From contig OX597814.1 in the NCBI GenBank assembly GCA_951406725.2, forward strand, positions 184,078,001 through 184,142,000: a stretch of 64,000 nt of DNA, in the 5' to 3' direction. Source of the stretch: Octopus vulgaris (taxonomy: Eukaryota). Every line of letters starts with the position of its first letter. The stretch's first letter is position 1. Of this stretch, positions 12,393 through 25,522 are shown piece after piece. The position numbers and the translations under genes were made by a program. The notes under the pieces are model-generated. The model made no database searches, was not told where the DNA came from, and saw nothing but the letters and a program-made list of their open reading frames with translations.

Positions 12393-12439
12393 GTATATTT
12401 TGTATGTGCTGTGTTTTGAATAGTTGTTGCTTTATTCTC

Positions 12440-13140
12440 GAATATAATGATAGCTCTACTTTATGCGCAATGCCCAGTAGCGCCAGTTTCTGCTCTGTGT
12501 ATGTGTGTAAGACCTGAGAAATATATTTGCGTCTATCTTTTTTCTTTCATTTCTAAGAAACCTATTATGAAGATTGTTTTTGTTTTCAATCTGCCCGTTC
12601 TTGGTACCACTATTTTCAGGTCTTTATATTTATACAGATCTTCCATTTCTTTCAGATTCATTGGTTTTCGTTAAAATGAAAACATCGATTAGGTAATATC
12701 TATTTCTGTTAGTCATTAACAATATAATCTAGCGTATTTGTTTCAATCGCCATCTTTGTTTGAATCGGCATGCTCCATTGCAAAACACACATACCTCTTT
12801 CATGTCAGCCGATAGACTCAGTATATTATTACAAAGGAAACTAAATTCTGTTGTTGCTACTCCATTCTACTCACTGCTCTTTGTTAACTCGTCTTCATTT
12901 CTACATTCAGAAAACAGCTTTTGATCATGTTTTGTATATATTTGTTTTATCACTGACAAGGTATATGGTATACGATTTAGAAATTTAGCATAGTTTTCTA
13001 TACTAATAGGCTCTACCTTCCTTATGTTCTTAGCAAATAAAATCATTCTATTTTGGATGCTGAGTTTATTCTAAATGCCTTGTTATATTTAGTATTACAA
13101 TCTCAATCAGCTTATAGGTGAAACATATAACCATAAAATA
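12440..13140 (-). mobile_element. Old Dong/R4-clade LINE remnant (restriction-like endonuclease region)
   Basis: VLQWSMPIQTKMAIETNTLDYIV, LKEMEDLYKYKDLKI and QKLALLGIAH are colinear with the younger copy at 61127. Confidence 0.65.
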
Positions 13141-14065
13141 ATTCGGGAATAATATGTGTATTGATACCTTTTATCTTATTTTAGACATTTGACTCACATT
13201 TAAGTATCAATATATTACCAATATTTGTTTCTAATATTTTATCCAAATCGGGTATTGCACACTGCCGAAATCTTATTTCATCATACTTTTTCTTGTATCG
13301 TCGTGAAAATGTATAACCAACGGGGCAACATGTGATTAGTATAGATAAAATTTTGTCCAAGAAAAGCTCTTACATGTCGAATGCCTAATACGCTAGAAAT
13401 TTAACTAATATTATGAAAGGAGATCGTTCACGTAAACACCACAACATGACACAATAGCAACATTGTGACGCATAAGTTCCACAGGAGATTAGGTCAAATC
13501 GTCTAGATTTTATATCCAAAGACTGTCAAAAAAGAAATTCTTTCAAATCAATGTATACCTTGCAACAAGTCAAAATGGAGAATCTATCAACATATAAAGA
13601 TATGAAAATAGAGGTAAGCAGAATATTACGATAACTTTTATTATACGTGCATTGGCAGTGATAAATACATATGCATACGAATGAATGACGAAAACAGCAG
13701 AACTAATACATATACAAATCGTACAGAAATTGGCACTGAACAGGCATCATATATGTATTACTTGCAATACTTTAGAAAATAGAAACACAAGGCTCACAAA
13801 TATTTGGGTGCTATGCAATAAAATCACGAAATAATATAACTATTGAAATAATGTCATGGTTTCTGATTTAAACGCAACGCAAGCAATTTTGACGGAAAGA
13901 AGTAGTCAATACAATCGCCCCCAATAACTGACTGGCATTTTATTTTATTGATCAGAGAGAGAGATAAAAAACAAAGTTCATCTTGCCAGTATTTGAACTC
14001 GAAATTTATAAAGCTTGTAGAGGCATCGGTTTTGCCGGAATGTCACCCTAGCTTAAGAAGTAAAA

Positions 14066-14520
14066 ATCCTTTCTACTATAGGTACAAGACCTGAAATATT
14101 GGAGGAAGGGGCTAGTCGATTATATCAACTCCAGTGCTTAACTGGTACTTATTTCATCGACGCCGAAAGGATGAAAAGCAAAGTCGAGCTCGGCGGAATT
14201 TGAACCCAGAGCCTAAAGATGGGCGAAATACCGCTAACCATTTCGCCCTGCGAGCTCACGATTCTGCCAGCTCACCGCCCTAGTTAAGAAGTAACAACAA
14301 TAATCATTTCTACTATAGGTACAAAGCCTGGAATTTGGTGGGAGGGGTTGAGTCGATTACATCGACTCCAGTGCTCAAATGGTACTTATTTTATCAACCC
14401 CTAAAAGATGAAAGGCGAAGTCGACGTCGGTGAAATTTGAACTCAGAACATAAAGATGGAGTAAATGCCGCTAAGCATTTTGCGCAGCGCGCTAATCATA
14501 TTGCCAGCTCACCGCCTTAG
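14066..14520 (-). mobile_element. Two adjacent SINE family B copies
   Basis: Both carry the ggcggtgagctggca head, Meta-like core and ctatagtagaaa tail. Confidence 0.75.
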
Positions 14521-16027
14521 AACTAATTATAGTAATTATTTGAAACACATGCAAAGTGTCATATATTTTAAAAGAAGTGTGTATATGGTGGATTTTCCTC
14601 CAGTTCTTGACTGGCACTGCATTAACCCTAAGAAAGTGAAGGCTAAATGAGACCTCATGTTCGCTTGGACTATAATAATAATAAAAAAAGATAATAATGT
14701 TATATTTGGGGATGGTCATATTTTTGCCAATTATCCTCACGACCTATATACTTGGTCTTCACTTTTAGTTTATCAGTATTCATACTTTAGTGCCCTTTGC
14801 CTGAAATCTTTCGTCACATATCTGTTGACCACTTCAACGACTCTCTATCTCACGTGTCTTCTGTTCTGTTTAGTGACGATATTAATGGTGAATTTTAGCT
14901 CATGTTTAATGATGTAGATAATGATTCCTTAGATATTATGCCACATATATTGGAAATAATTTATTCGATATGATTGACTCCAGAACATGACTCGTAATTA
15001 CTTTACCAAAAGTTAGAATCATTTTAAGTTATTCAGTCAAGCACTGACCATTTCTGAATAGAGGAAGTACCTTAGTCTAATAACCATTTGTGCATTAATA
15101 TTAAAATAGTGCTATTACATCCACAAACTTGCGATGTTTTTAACAGCCATCCCAACATGTAATTTCATATTTGTTTATCATTCTGTCTTTTTCTTTTAAA
15201 ATGGTTAACAGTAAAATTTTGATACTATTTGTGAAACTAATTAACATCACCAGAGATCTTCCCATTAAATTGTATTTTAAGGTTTCCCAGAAATTGGTAT
15301 GTTGGCGAGTCATTAACTCCTAATGAGAATATTCGAACTATAGAAAGATCTCATTTATATTCTTGCTAATTAATTATTTCAAAAACAGAAAAAAAATTTC
15401 AAAAATTTGATAGTCCATTGAGTCGATTCAAGTTTGCTATTATTGATTTCCTTATCAGCCTGCAATTAAATAAAAAGCAAGGATCTGAAATGTATACCCT
15501 CGGGACTAAAGTATAAATGAGCTACCATAAATATGAGGTCATTCAGTGCAGCACTCCCTCGCAAAGTTCTATCACTTTAGCGCATAATTATAATGATTTA
15601 TGATATTAAGCGGCAGACGAGAAAGTTAATATCTTGCATCCACACACATGTCAAAATTAATATATAGCGTATAGTAGGTTCCCTTGAAATAAATATGCAG
15701 TAATGCCCATTCCATGAGTTTCTCTATCTCTCCTTCCGCCTCTCTCTCTTTCTCTCTACCCTGTCTTACTCTTCCCCTTCTCTCACGCCCCCTCTCTCTC
15801 AACGGCTGTAATATCATACTAATTCTCTAATTGTAGGTGTTTTCACGATATGCCTTAATAACGCAACCATCAGCATAAGAATTTCTTAATATCCATGTCT
15901 ATACCTATATATATATGGAAGTATATGTGTGTAAGAAACAATTTATAATACACAGAGATAGACACACACACATAGATGCAATATAAATACATACATGAGA
16001 AAAATGATTGTATACATACATACATAC

Positions 16028-16069
<42 letters not shown>

Positions 16070-16519
16070 GTAAAAAAATACAAACTGGGACAAGAACGTG
16101 AAACACTCAGAAGACGATACAAAAAACACGGACGGGACATTCGAAGCCTTCAAACTTCAGTCAAGAACCGGATCACCCCCGCAATCTCGGCTGCGCGCAT
16201 TATTAGGCAAATCGACTTCCTCTTAATAAATAAATGTATATTCGTTCAAAACCAGTTGTTTCCCCACTGACTGTTGGCAACGCCTATCTGCGCACATTCT
16301 GTTAAAATAAATCGGATCTGCACAGACGCCAGCGAACAGCGGCCATTTTTGTGATTGGGCAACATTTTCACCGTCACAAATTATAAGGCAAGTATAATAA
16401 AAATGATAATTGTGTCAGAAAAATATTTCAACAGTAAAGGTTTAACAAAAAACTATTCATAAAGAACTTAATGGTAATCATAATAATACGTTCGAATGAA
16501 AATAATCATAGGATTATGA

Positions 16520-17498
16520 TGTCATACAGTTCCTAATGTTCTATGTATGATCCTCCACATCGCGGTCATCCATTGAATTTGTCGAGGTGATGATATCCTC
16601 TTGTGTCACGCTTTGAGCAGCATCTACAATAGCATCCCAGAGGGCAACTTTACTTGAAAACTGTCGTCCATCTTTGTAAACGCGTCTCTTCAGGACACTC
16701 CACAGGTTCTCGATCGGGTTTAAGTCTGGGGAACAAGGTAGCCACTTCATCAAACAACCTCCAGAGAATCCTATGCCGCAGGTATTCCTTAGAATTCTTC
16801 GCTGCATGAGAGAGGACAGTATCTTGCATCAAGATCAGCTTTCTCTTGAACGAAAGGTTTTCCTTTTTGAAACTCCTTTGGAAATTTTCCTTTAAGAAGG
16901 TAACATATGTTTTCGATGTCATCTTAATGCCATCTGTGACTTTCCATGACCTGACCAACGATGACAGCTCAAAACATGACCTCGCCTGTTGGGGTCTCAA
17001 ACGATGAGGACGGTTCCCGCTGATTGATATTCAAACTTTATTCCATCCATCTGGTCCTTCAAGGGTAGGACAGCATTTGTCACTGAACAGAACTGCCGAA
17101 AAATCTATCTTCATGTATTCTTCTGCCCATTTCAGTCTATTCTGTTTCAGAGGGGGCCTTGTAACAGGCTTAACATTCCTGGCTACCTGCTTCAAGAGGC
17201 GACACCTGGTAGTTTTCGATACGTCTTCTCTGCCACAAAGTTTGAAAACTTCTTGTCAGATATGGGTTCCGCACAACTTCCCTTTTCACACGTGACAAAG
17301 TACGATTCAAAGCAACACTCGACTTACCATAATCTGCCCTTAACTGGACAGAAATAAAGACAACACAGATTTCTTCACTATTCGGTGATTTCTTCCCAGT
17401 ATTTTTTATATTTCTATGGTTGTGGCTGTTTTACATTTTCCAAGTTCTTACACGATGGTAGGCTTCTCATTCGAAGTAAGATCAGGTTTCTGCCCCAT
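16520..17498 (-). mobile_element. Tc1/mariner transposase pseudogene, DD37E (TRT)-type
   Basis: Start MGQKPDLTSNEK; VLFSDKCCPTLEGPDGW; LMQDTVLSHAAK; WLPCSPDLNPIENLWSVLKRRVY; D-to-E spacing of 36-37 residues after repairing one frameshift. Confidence 0.85.
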
Positions 17499-18613
17499 AA
17501 TGACACTTAAATTGGGCACCTGTCTAATAATTTTGGACAGCAGAAATGTCGTTGCTTATTAATAGCCGCCGTTTGTTTTCGTGCGCACCACCCCCCACAC
17601 ACACATACACACACAAACACACACACACACACACACACACATATCTTACTTGGATATAATTACACTTCAATTCATAATTCTGAATGCTCCTCTGATATTT
17701 TCTGAAATTCTGAAAGAACAAAACAAACCTTGCTTAATAAATCTCTCGTTAATCCGTTCTCAAAATTACACGATCTTTTTATCGCTCCTTTAGTTTAACT
17801 GTATGTTCACACCATTATTTTTAAACCCATCTATGTTAAGAATGTCTTAAGCTAAATTATCTCATCTCAGGTGCAAGCAATCCTTTAAATTTTAAGCACC
17901 CCCAACTTTACTCGCCTCTTTACGCAGCTCTTTCTAAGTATGTTTAGAGTTCCGAGCCAGATGTTTAACACAGCTGTCAGTACTCTCTCATAACATATAT
18001 TCGAGTCACGCCACTGAATGTGTTTTGGAAGTAGTTTGCATAATGTTGAGTTATTTACAAATACCTTTACTTAATCCCCTTTGCAGTGTTTGTCTATAGT
18101 TAATCTACTCTCAATCTTTGCTTCTAAGTAGGTATCTTAAAATAGCTTCTTTTTTTTATATTGTTTAGTTCTTAATTTATCTCACCTGATTGTAAGGAGT
18201 TTTTTTTGTGTGTGGATTCCTTGTTAAACATTACCTAAGACGAATTAACAAAGAAGCCTTTCCATTGTAGTTCGACCCGCTCGAAGTATCACCTCCTCAC
18301 CCCCCCCCCCAAAAAAAAAAAAAATCAGCAAAAAAATGAAACAAAAAAAGAAAAATGAATGTAGTTCAAGATATGCTTATACCTGAAAACAACAGGATGA
18401 TTATTGTCGGAATTGTATTTGATAATAGCCTTGGTGGATAAAAGTTGACATGGCGCAGGAGTGGCTGTGTGGTAAGTAGCCTGCTTACCAACCATATGGT
18501 TCCGGGTTCATTCCCACTGCGTGGCACCTTGGGCAAGTGTCTTCTACTAAAGCCTCGGGCCGACCAAAGCCTTGTGAGTGGATTTGGTAGACGGGAACTG
18601 TAAGAAGCCCATC

Positions 18614-18693
<80 letters not shown>

Positions 18694-18765
18694 ATATTAG
18701 GGAATAAATCCAAATTTACAGGGAAAAATCAGATTTAGGATTGAATCCAATTTTATAGTAAAATA

Positions 18766-18983
18766 TTATATTATATTAAATTAGAGACAAAACCACTATT
18801 ATGCAAATCAAACAAAGAAAGACTTAAGCCAATACATAAAATAATTTATATAAATTTAGAAATTTAACAATTATAAATTATAAATATAATTGTTAAATTT
18901 CTAAATTTATATAAATTATTTTATGTATTGGCTTAAGTCTTTCTTTGTTTGATTTGCATAATAGTGGTTTTGTCTCTAATTTA

Positions 18984-18993
<10 letters not shown>
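18766..18993. repeat. Long near-perfect palindrome (~110-bp arms)
   Basis: ttagagacaaaaccactattatgc...caattata / tataattg...gcataatagtggttttgtctctaa. Confidence 0.95.
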
Positions 18994-19035
<42 letters not shown>

Positions 19036-19043
<8 letters not shown>

Positions 19044-19346
19044 CAAAAATAAGCAATAATAATGAATCCGGTAATTTAGTACAATTGTTTCATACTACAA
19101 CATTTTATTAAAAGCTGAAAATATTACAGCAGATTTAAGATGCCGAGTAATCTTCAGCTAATTTTATATAGGTTTTCCAATAATATTTGAGAACTTTATA
19201 TTATTGGAAAACCTATATAAAATTAGCTGAAGATTACTCGGCATCTTAAATCTGCTGTAATATTTTCAGCTTTTAATAAAATGTTGTAGTATGAAACAAT
19301 TGTACTAAATTACCGGATTCATTCTTGTTGCTTATTTTTGATTATA
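19036..19346. repeat. Long near-perfect palindrome (~150-bp arms) with a hammerhead motif in each arm
   Basis: aatgaatccggtaatttagtac...ccaataata / tattattgg...gtactaaattaccggattcatt. Confidence 0.95.
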
Positions 19347-21107
19347 ATCACCCCGCATATTTTTATGGGTAACACCATAAAAAATTCTGGTGCATCTAAA
19401 TTAAGTGCCATATTCATTTGAATGTAAATTGTTGCTGAACGTATATATATATATATACATATATGAGTATGTGTGTGTATATGTTTTTGAGTACCCCCCC
19501 CCAACATCGCTTAACAACCGATGCTGTTATGTTTACGTCCCCGTAACTTAGCCGTTCGGCAAAAGCGACCGATAGAATAAGTACTAGGCTTCCAAAAAAT
19601 AAGTCCTGGGGTCGATTTGCTCGACTAAAGGCGGTGCTCCAGCATGACTGAAGCATGACTGAAGCAAGTAAAAGAGAGAGTATGAAATTAAATGAAAACT
19701 GTCTTAGCTAAGTATATTTTAACTGCAACTTCTAGGAAAAAGAATTTCAAAAGTTTCCTTGAAAGTTAATCAATTCCCCGTAAATTAGCGGTTCGGCAAA
19801 AGAGACCGCTAGAATAAATAAGTACCAGGCTTTAAAATATAAACATTCGGGTTAATTCGTTTGGCTAAAATTCTTCAAGGCGGTTTCCTAGCATGGAATA
19901 ACTGAAACAAATAAAGGCTAGAAGATAAATTCACATTTTGCAAAAGCACAGCCGACGCCGCCAGCTTTCTCAAACCACCTCAAACTCTATATCTTTGGTT
20001 CTCCAAACAAAATTTTCATACCAGCAGCTTATCTGGTAATTTTACCTCTTCAGTTATTTACCCAAAATTTTATGGGTATTTTCCTCTAACTACCTATTTC
20101 TATCTCTGCGCTCCCTGTAGGTCGTGCCTATCCTGCAAAATACTTTTACATCCTGATCTTTCTCTCACTCTTACCTCTTTATCTCACTCTGTATTTTTGC
20201 TTTTCTTTCTTTATATTTGTTCAAGCAAACACTCTCTTTCTCCTTCTCTTCTTTTATGTCCTTATTTCTTTTTCTTTGCGCTGAAAGCATAGCACACAAT
20301 CTTTTTTACACTGTGCTACTAACAATAAGAAATTCTTTGCTCGAAGACACTCAACACCGCAATAAACTCAGAAAATATTGAAATAAAATATTATCTGCAC
20401 GAATCTGTCAGATCTCGTTCTTGCTGTTGCTTTCTTCTGCACTAAAATGACCTCATGAAGTGATGATGAAGCGAGCTATTTATCTCCGCTCAAATAAAAT
20501 ATGACTCTCACTGACCCCTCACATTTGCCACACCTTATTCCAGGATGACGCTAGCGATGACAAATGAATGGTGTGGCGAACTTCACTACCGAGATGCGTT
20601 GTAGTGCTACAGTGAATATAAAATTGGGAGCCAATAGTAGAAGATTAATGTTTCGAGAGATTAATCTCCTTTTCCTATATTTAAAACTTTTTACATTGAT
20701 ATATTGGGATTGCACAGCGTGTTAAAATAACAGTCGAAGAGAAGATTATAATGACTATATGTTGCTCATTTTGTATGAATTTCCATTAGAATATGAGTTG
20801 TTGGAGTTAACATTAAATACTCAACAAGTACTGATAGAACTGGCAGAGTGGGCAAGAGTCTTTACTGTGTTTAGCCTTGGTCCTTTACGTTCTGATTTTG
20901 AAAACAAGGCCAACTTTGTCTCTCGTATCCGGTGCTGATATAAGCAAGATTAAGAACTGGTAGTGATTTATGGAATACAAATCGAAGCTTTCTCTTTGCA
21001 TACTCCATAATCGGCCTCAGAAAGGTATACGCATGACTATTTTAGAAATACATAGAAAATCATAGGTGACTATATTTCCTTGTACATGTCAGTCTGTGTG
21101 TGTGTGT

Positions 21108-21181
<74 letters not shown>

Positions 21182-21529
21182 ATATAAGAACGAGCTTCTA
21201 AGAGAGTGTGGTGCTAGTCGATATCATCGACTCAGCATTTGACTAGCACCGTATTTTATCGCCCGAAAAAGGATGAAAGGTAAAGTTGAATTCGGCGGCA
21301 TTTAATTCAGAACGGAAGAGGACAAATAAATTAACACAAAGTATTCCATCTGTTGCTCAAACGAGTTTTCCAATCCACTTCACTATTCTTGTATACTAAT
21401 ACACACATCCCTATATTTTGAAAATCGTATATTTATACATCCATTTATACATGAGAATATGATTATATATATATGGACGGTGCTGAGTTGTCAAACATTT
21501 AAACCAAATTTTCTTAAAACAACTTGTCC

Positions 21530-21811
21530 TACCGTCCTATAGACCTCCCCTTTGAGAAACACTGATTTAACCTAAATTTGAGACACCAGCAAATGAAGAA
21601 ATAAAGATAGACTTTTTTTCTACTCCAAAGAAAAACGATTTTATTCACTTTATCGATCGCATTCTCACCTGGAATCGACTTTTGTAATTTTTTCAAGACA
21701 TACACGCCCTGATACCGTCGGTATGTACATATCATATTTACGCGCAATCGGATGGAGGATGCCCGAGATCCTAAAGACACACACACAAACAGACAGAATT
21801 TCATAAAGATC
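21530..21811 (-). mobile_element. Helitron/HINE-like non-autonomous 5' fragment
   Basis: Minus strand starts a|tctttatgaaattctgtctgtttgtgtg..ggatctcgggcatcctccatccgattgcgc. Confidence 0.4.
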
Positions 21812-22230
21812 AAGTAAGGCTTGTACCAGAACTGCTAGCATCTAAGAGGCCGTGCTACTGGATAGCCTAGTTAAGGCCTAGATTATATCCCAAAAGAATG
21901 TCATATGGCTGATTGGTGATTTATCGGTTACCAATATGCTTCAACCGCTAAGTGACTGACATGGTGTACCTTGTATCTTCCTCTATTATCAATACTTCAA
22001 GATATCGAACTAGTTAGCTATTGTGCTATGCACCCAAAGCCATTACCCAGAAGGTCACACTTATTGTATATCTCTTTCCAGACACCACGCAAACGACATT
22101 ACTACAGAACGTCAGCACTCTGGAATACTCCCTGAGTCTATTTTTACCAGACACAGACCAACAGGCATGGCAGCCATAATCTTATTCTCACGAATTATCT
22201 GTTAATAACATGAGCATCAGCAGATCATCT

Positions 22231-22262
<32 letters not shown>

Positions 22263-22630
22263 TACGAGAAATTTACTCGGACCATCATTACTACGATCGC
22301 TGATTGTAGCTATCGTCATCATCCTTACCACGATACCCGTCACTAGAAATACGGGCACTCAACATCACAAATGACATCGTAACTGTGATCACGACCATCA
22401 CCAACACAGCTAACACCATCGGAACCATGAATTCCCTAGATTTGCCACCATTAAAACCATAATCTTATCGCCCTACTAATGTATCACTACTATAATCTCC
22501 ACCAGTGTCACAACTATATACAATATCTTAACTAACATCATCAACATTACAATCTCTTCTTTTTCATTGCTCATTTGCCATATTCTTCGTTACTTCTCAA
22601 TGTTCATCTATCATTTTTTACCCTCTGTCT

Positions 22631-22919
22631 TGTAACGGGAGTGGCCTGCGTCGGAGAGCTCCGAGTTCGGCCGACCCCTCTTGTGAGTCTCGCCTCCGGC
22701 ACTAGGTTGTCCTGGCGATCGGACATCCTAGAACGCATGCAAAGGAGGTGGGGCTTGCTAGTTGGTCATGGCTAACCTCTCAAGGCGCGATGGCACCGTC
22801 CACGGTAAAAAAAAAAACCGGACCGGCGATGACTATTCGTGTGCGCCTTAGACTCGGCTTTGGTGTAGCGAGATAACCACCGGAAGGTCAGCGTGCGCGT
22901 CGCTATCTGACGAAGTGCA
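22631..22919 (+). mobile_element. GC-rich island, possibly an LTR fragment
   Basis: Begins TGTAACGGGAG (a typical LTR terminus); GC far above background; no clear TSD. Confidence 0.35.
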
Positions 22920-23462
22920 TGTGGGACCATCTCTCTGCCTCCCTCCACACACTCTCTTCCTATGTATGTATGTATGTATAATATGTATGTATGTATGTAT
23001 GTATGTAGCTAGCTACTTTCTATCTTTCTCTTCCATATTAACCTGTACAAATTTTCCTTTAGTTCTCCTCATATATTTTCAGACGGTCACTGTAATCACA
23101 CTGCTTTGTTTTTCAATCCATTATCTCTTTCCACTCAAGCATATTCTCTCTCCATCTTCCTCTCTCTCTCCCTCCACCATACACTCAGCGTTTCTGCCAT
23201 GTTGTTCCGAGTCAACAAGGGAGGCTCTACATACACAGTTATACGACCTGCTAGAAATTTCCATTAAATCACAGCCTACCATCATACAAAGAGGAAAGGA
23301 CAACATTGACGAATGTTGACATGGGTGCACTGTGCTATGGGAAAAGACCGGATGGCCACAACTAGAACGCTTTGGATCATAGGTCTGCTTGTTCAGGGCT
23401 GACCTGCAACAACACAAAAATAACAAAAACAAAAGATCTACTACTAAATCTGTGCAGCTCTC

Positions 23463-23501
<39 letters not shown>

Positions 23502-23698
23502 CTTCTTCTCGCTATCTCCCTGTCTCCCTCTTTTCTTCTCTTTCTGCCTTTCCCTTTTCTTACTCTGTCTGTCTGTCGGTCTATCTATCTCTCTCTCTAT
23601 CTCTTATATCTCTTCTTTTACGTCTCTCCTTTCCCTCTAAGAGTTAGTAGCTGATTTTCTTCACTCTTATCGACCGACCGACCTTTCATCTACACATA

Positions 23699-23754
<56 letters not shown>

Positions 23755-24016
23755 CTCTTTCTCGCCTTTTCTTTTACCACATTCGCCGTTTTTTTTCTTT
23801 CTTCGTCTTTTATTAATAACACGAAACGCTGAACGACTGATGGGATTCTAATTGGAAACCTGTTCATGTGCAGAAACGCCGCATCATAATGTATTCGCTG
23901 TCACACGTTTTTGAGCTTCCTATGTCACTTACGTGTTGTTATTGTTATTGTTTTTATTTGTATTTTTTTTCCCTCTTACGTACAACCAATATTTATCTAT
24001 CTTCTCTTCAATGTAC

Positions 24017-24058
<42 letters not shown>

Positions 24059-24931
24059 TGCTTTGTATGTCTTTGCTGTTTGTTAGCTGAAGTAATAAAC
24101 GGTCTGGTATCAAGCAAAGAATACTACCATTCCGAGTCCGAAAATGTGATACGATGATCTGAGTGCATAGGAATATGTCGCCATCCAGTCTCCGCTACAT
24201 AAAAACTTTGCATAAAATCCGGCTCTATCTAAGAAATCACGAACGCTTCTCAATTTTCTCGCATTTCCTGATATATAGTCCCAATTCATGTTTATAAATG
24301 CACTGATCCGATCACACCAGGCTCATTAATTGTTTTATGTGCTATCTCTCCATCCATCCTCCGCTATTCTTCACCATTCCTACTCTCTCAGTTTCGTACC
24401 ACACACTACAGTATATATCTCATTCACACACAAAAATAAACACTATCTCCTTTCTGTTCTCTTTCTCATTCTCTCCCTCTCTGTTTCTCCCTCTCTGTTT
24501 CTCCTTTTCTTTCTCTCTGTTTTGGTTCTTTCTTTCATCTCAAAGATTTCTGTATATCTTCCTCCATGCTTTTGTTTGGTTTATCAATATTCCTTTTACA
24601 CTCTCTTTCTTCAGACACTTAATCGCACACGCACGCATGCGCGCGCACACACGCATTGACTCCCCCCTTTCTCTCTATTCCGTTCATCTCTTTCTTTTGT
24701 CACTCGCCCCTTTCTCACTCATCATTTTTCTCTTTTCCTTTCTCTTTCTATTTCAAACTTCCTTTATTCGAAAGAATTTATATACACTCTCGTGTTTATT
24801 TTTCCTTTTCTTTATTTTTCTTACACTTTGTCTGACATTTGATTTTCTCAAACTTACACTGCCTCTCTATATTTCATCCCCTCTCTCTCTTGCTCCCACG
24901 CTTTTTCACACTAAATCCCCTCTCACTTTCA

Positions 24932-24963
<32 letters not shown>

Positions 24964-25522
24964 AACAATCTATCATCTACATAGTCTGGATATATTGCTA
25001 CAATTCTTTACGGATATTAGTCCATTTTTATTTCTCTCCCCACCTGTCTCTCTCATGTTTCTAAATATAGCTAATTATTCTTCATCCTCGCAGTATGACT
25101 ACATATACATTTGTTTATCTCTGTTTCGATTTATTTGTCATTATTGAGTCATTTTCTCGAAATATGACTATATAAGGTTCTATCTATCTGGCTTACAAAG
25201 AAGCTCTGACAATTGGTATTCAGACATGCTATACCCTCTCTCTGTCATTCCTACTGCGGGTGGCCACAGTTGCTTCTGCTACTCGGTGGTTTTCTAGTTT
25301 CCCGCCACATTCGTTTAAACTCCCCACTGACTCGTTTCGTCGTCCGTACTCTCATCATCCATATTGTATTCAAAACTCTGTTTTCCGTACTAAATACTGC
25401 ATTCATTTCAGTTCTTTCTTACTTAGGATGTCAGTCAATATTATTTCCTCTCTACATACACATTCTTTCTCTCCCGGATGAGTATGCTACCGTTTAATCG
25501 GAAAGATGGCGCTATCAATTTG

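Larger units (their letters stand above)
18452..19680 (+). mobile_element. SINE family A split at its internal (TA)n by fold-back inserts
   Basis: Head at 18452-18614 and 3' half at 19441-19680. Confidence 0.8.

Noticed and set aside
12795-12900. Minus-strand phase-2 exon continuing the signal-peptide gene
   Set aside because: It has an in-frame stop and lies within the Dong/R4 remnant.
13485-13613. Plus-strand 129-bp exon (EIRSNRLDF...DMKIE|gtaagc)
   Set aside because: The donor is good but the polypyrimidine tract is poor, the protein is not recognisable and there are no partner exons.
22690-22790. 7SK RNA or HDV-like ribozyme
   Set aside because: Only a 10-nt GATCGCCAGG similarity to 7SK; the HDV fold could not be completed (no GG after P1 to form P1.1).
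24088-24157. Plus-strand terminal exon (AEVINGLVSSKEYYHSESENVIR*)
   Set aside because: An acceptor-like site only, with no upstream exons or homology recognised.
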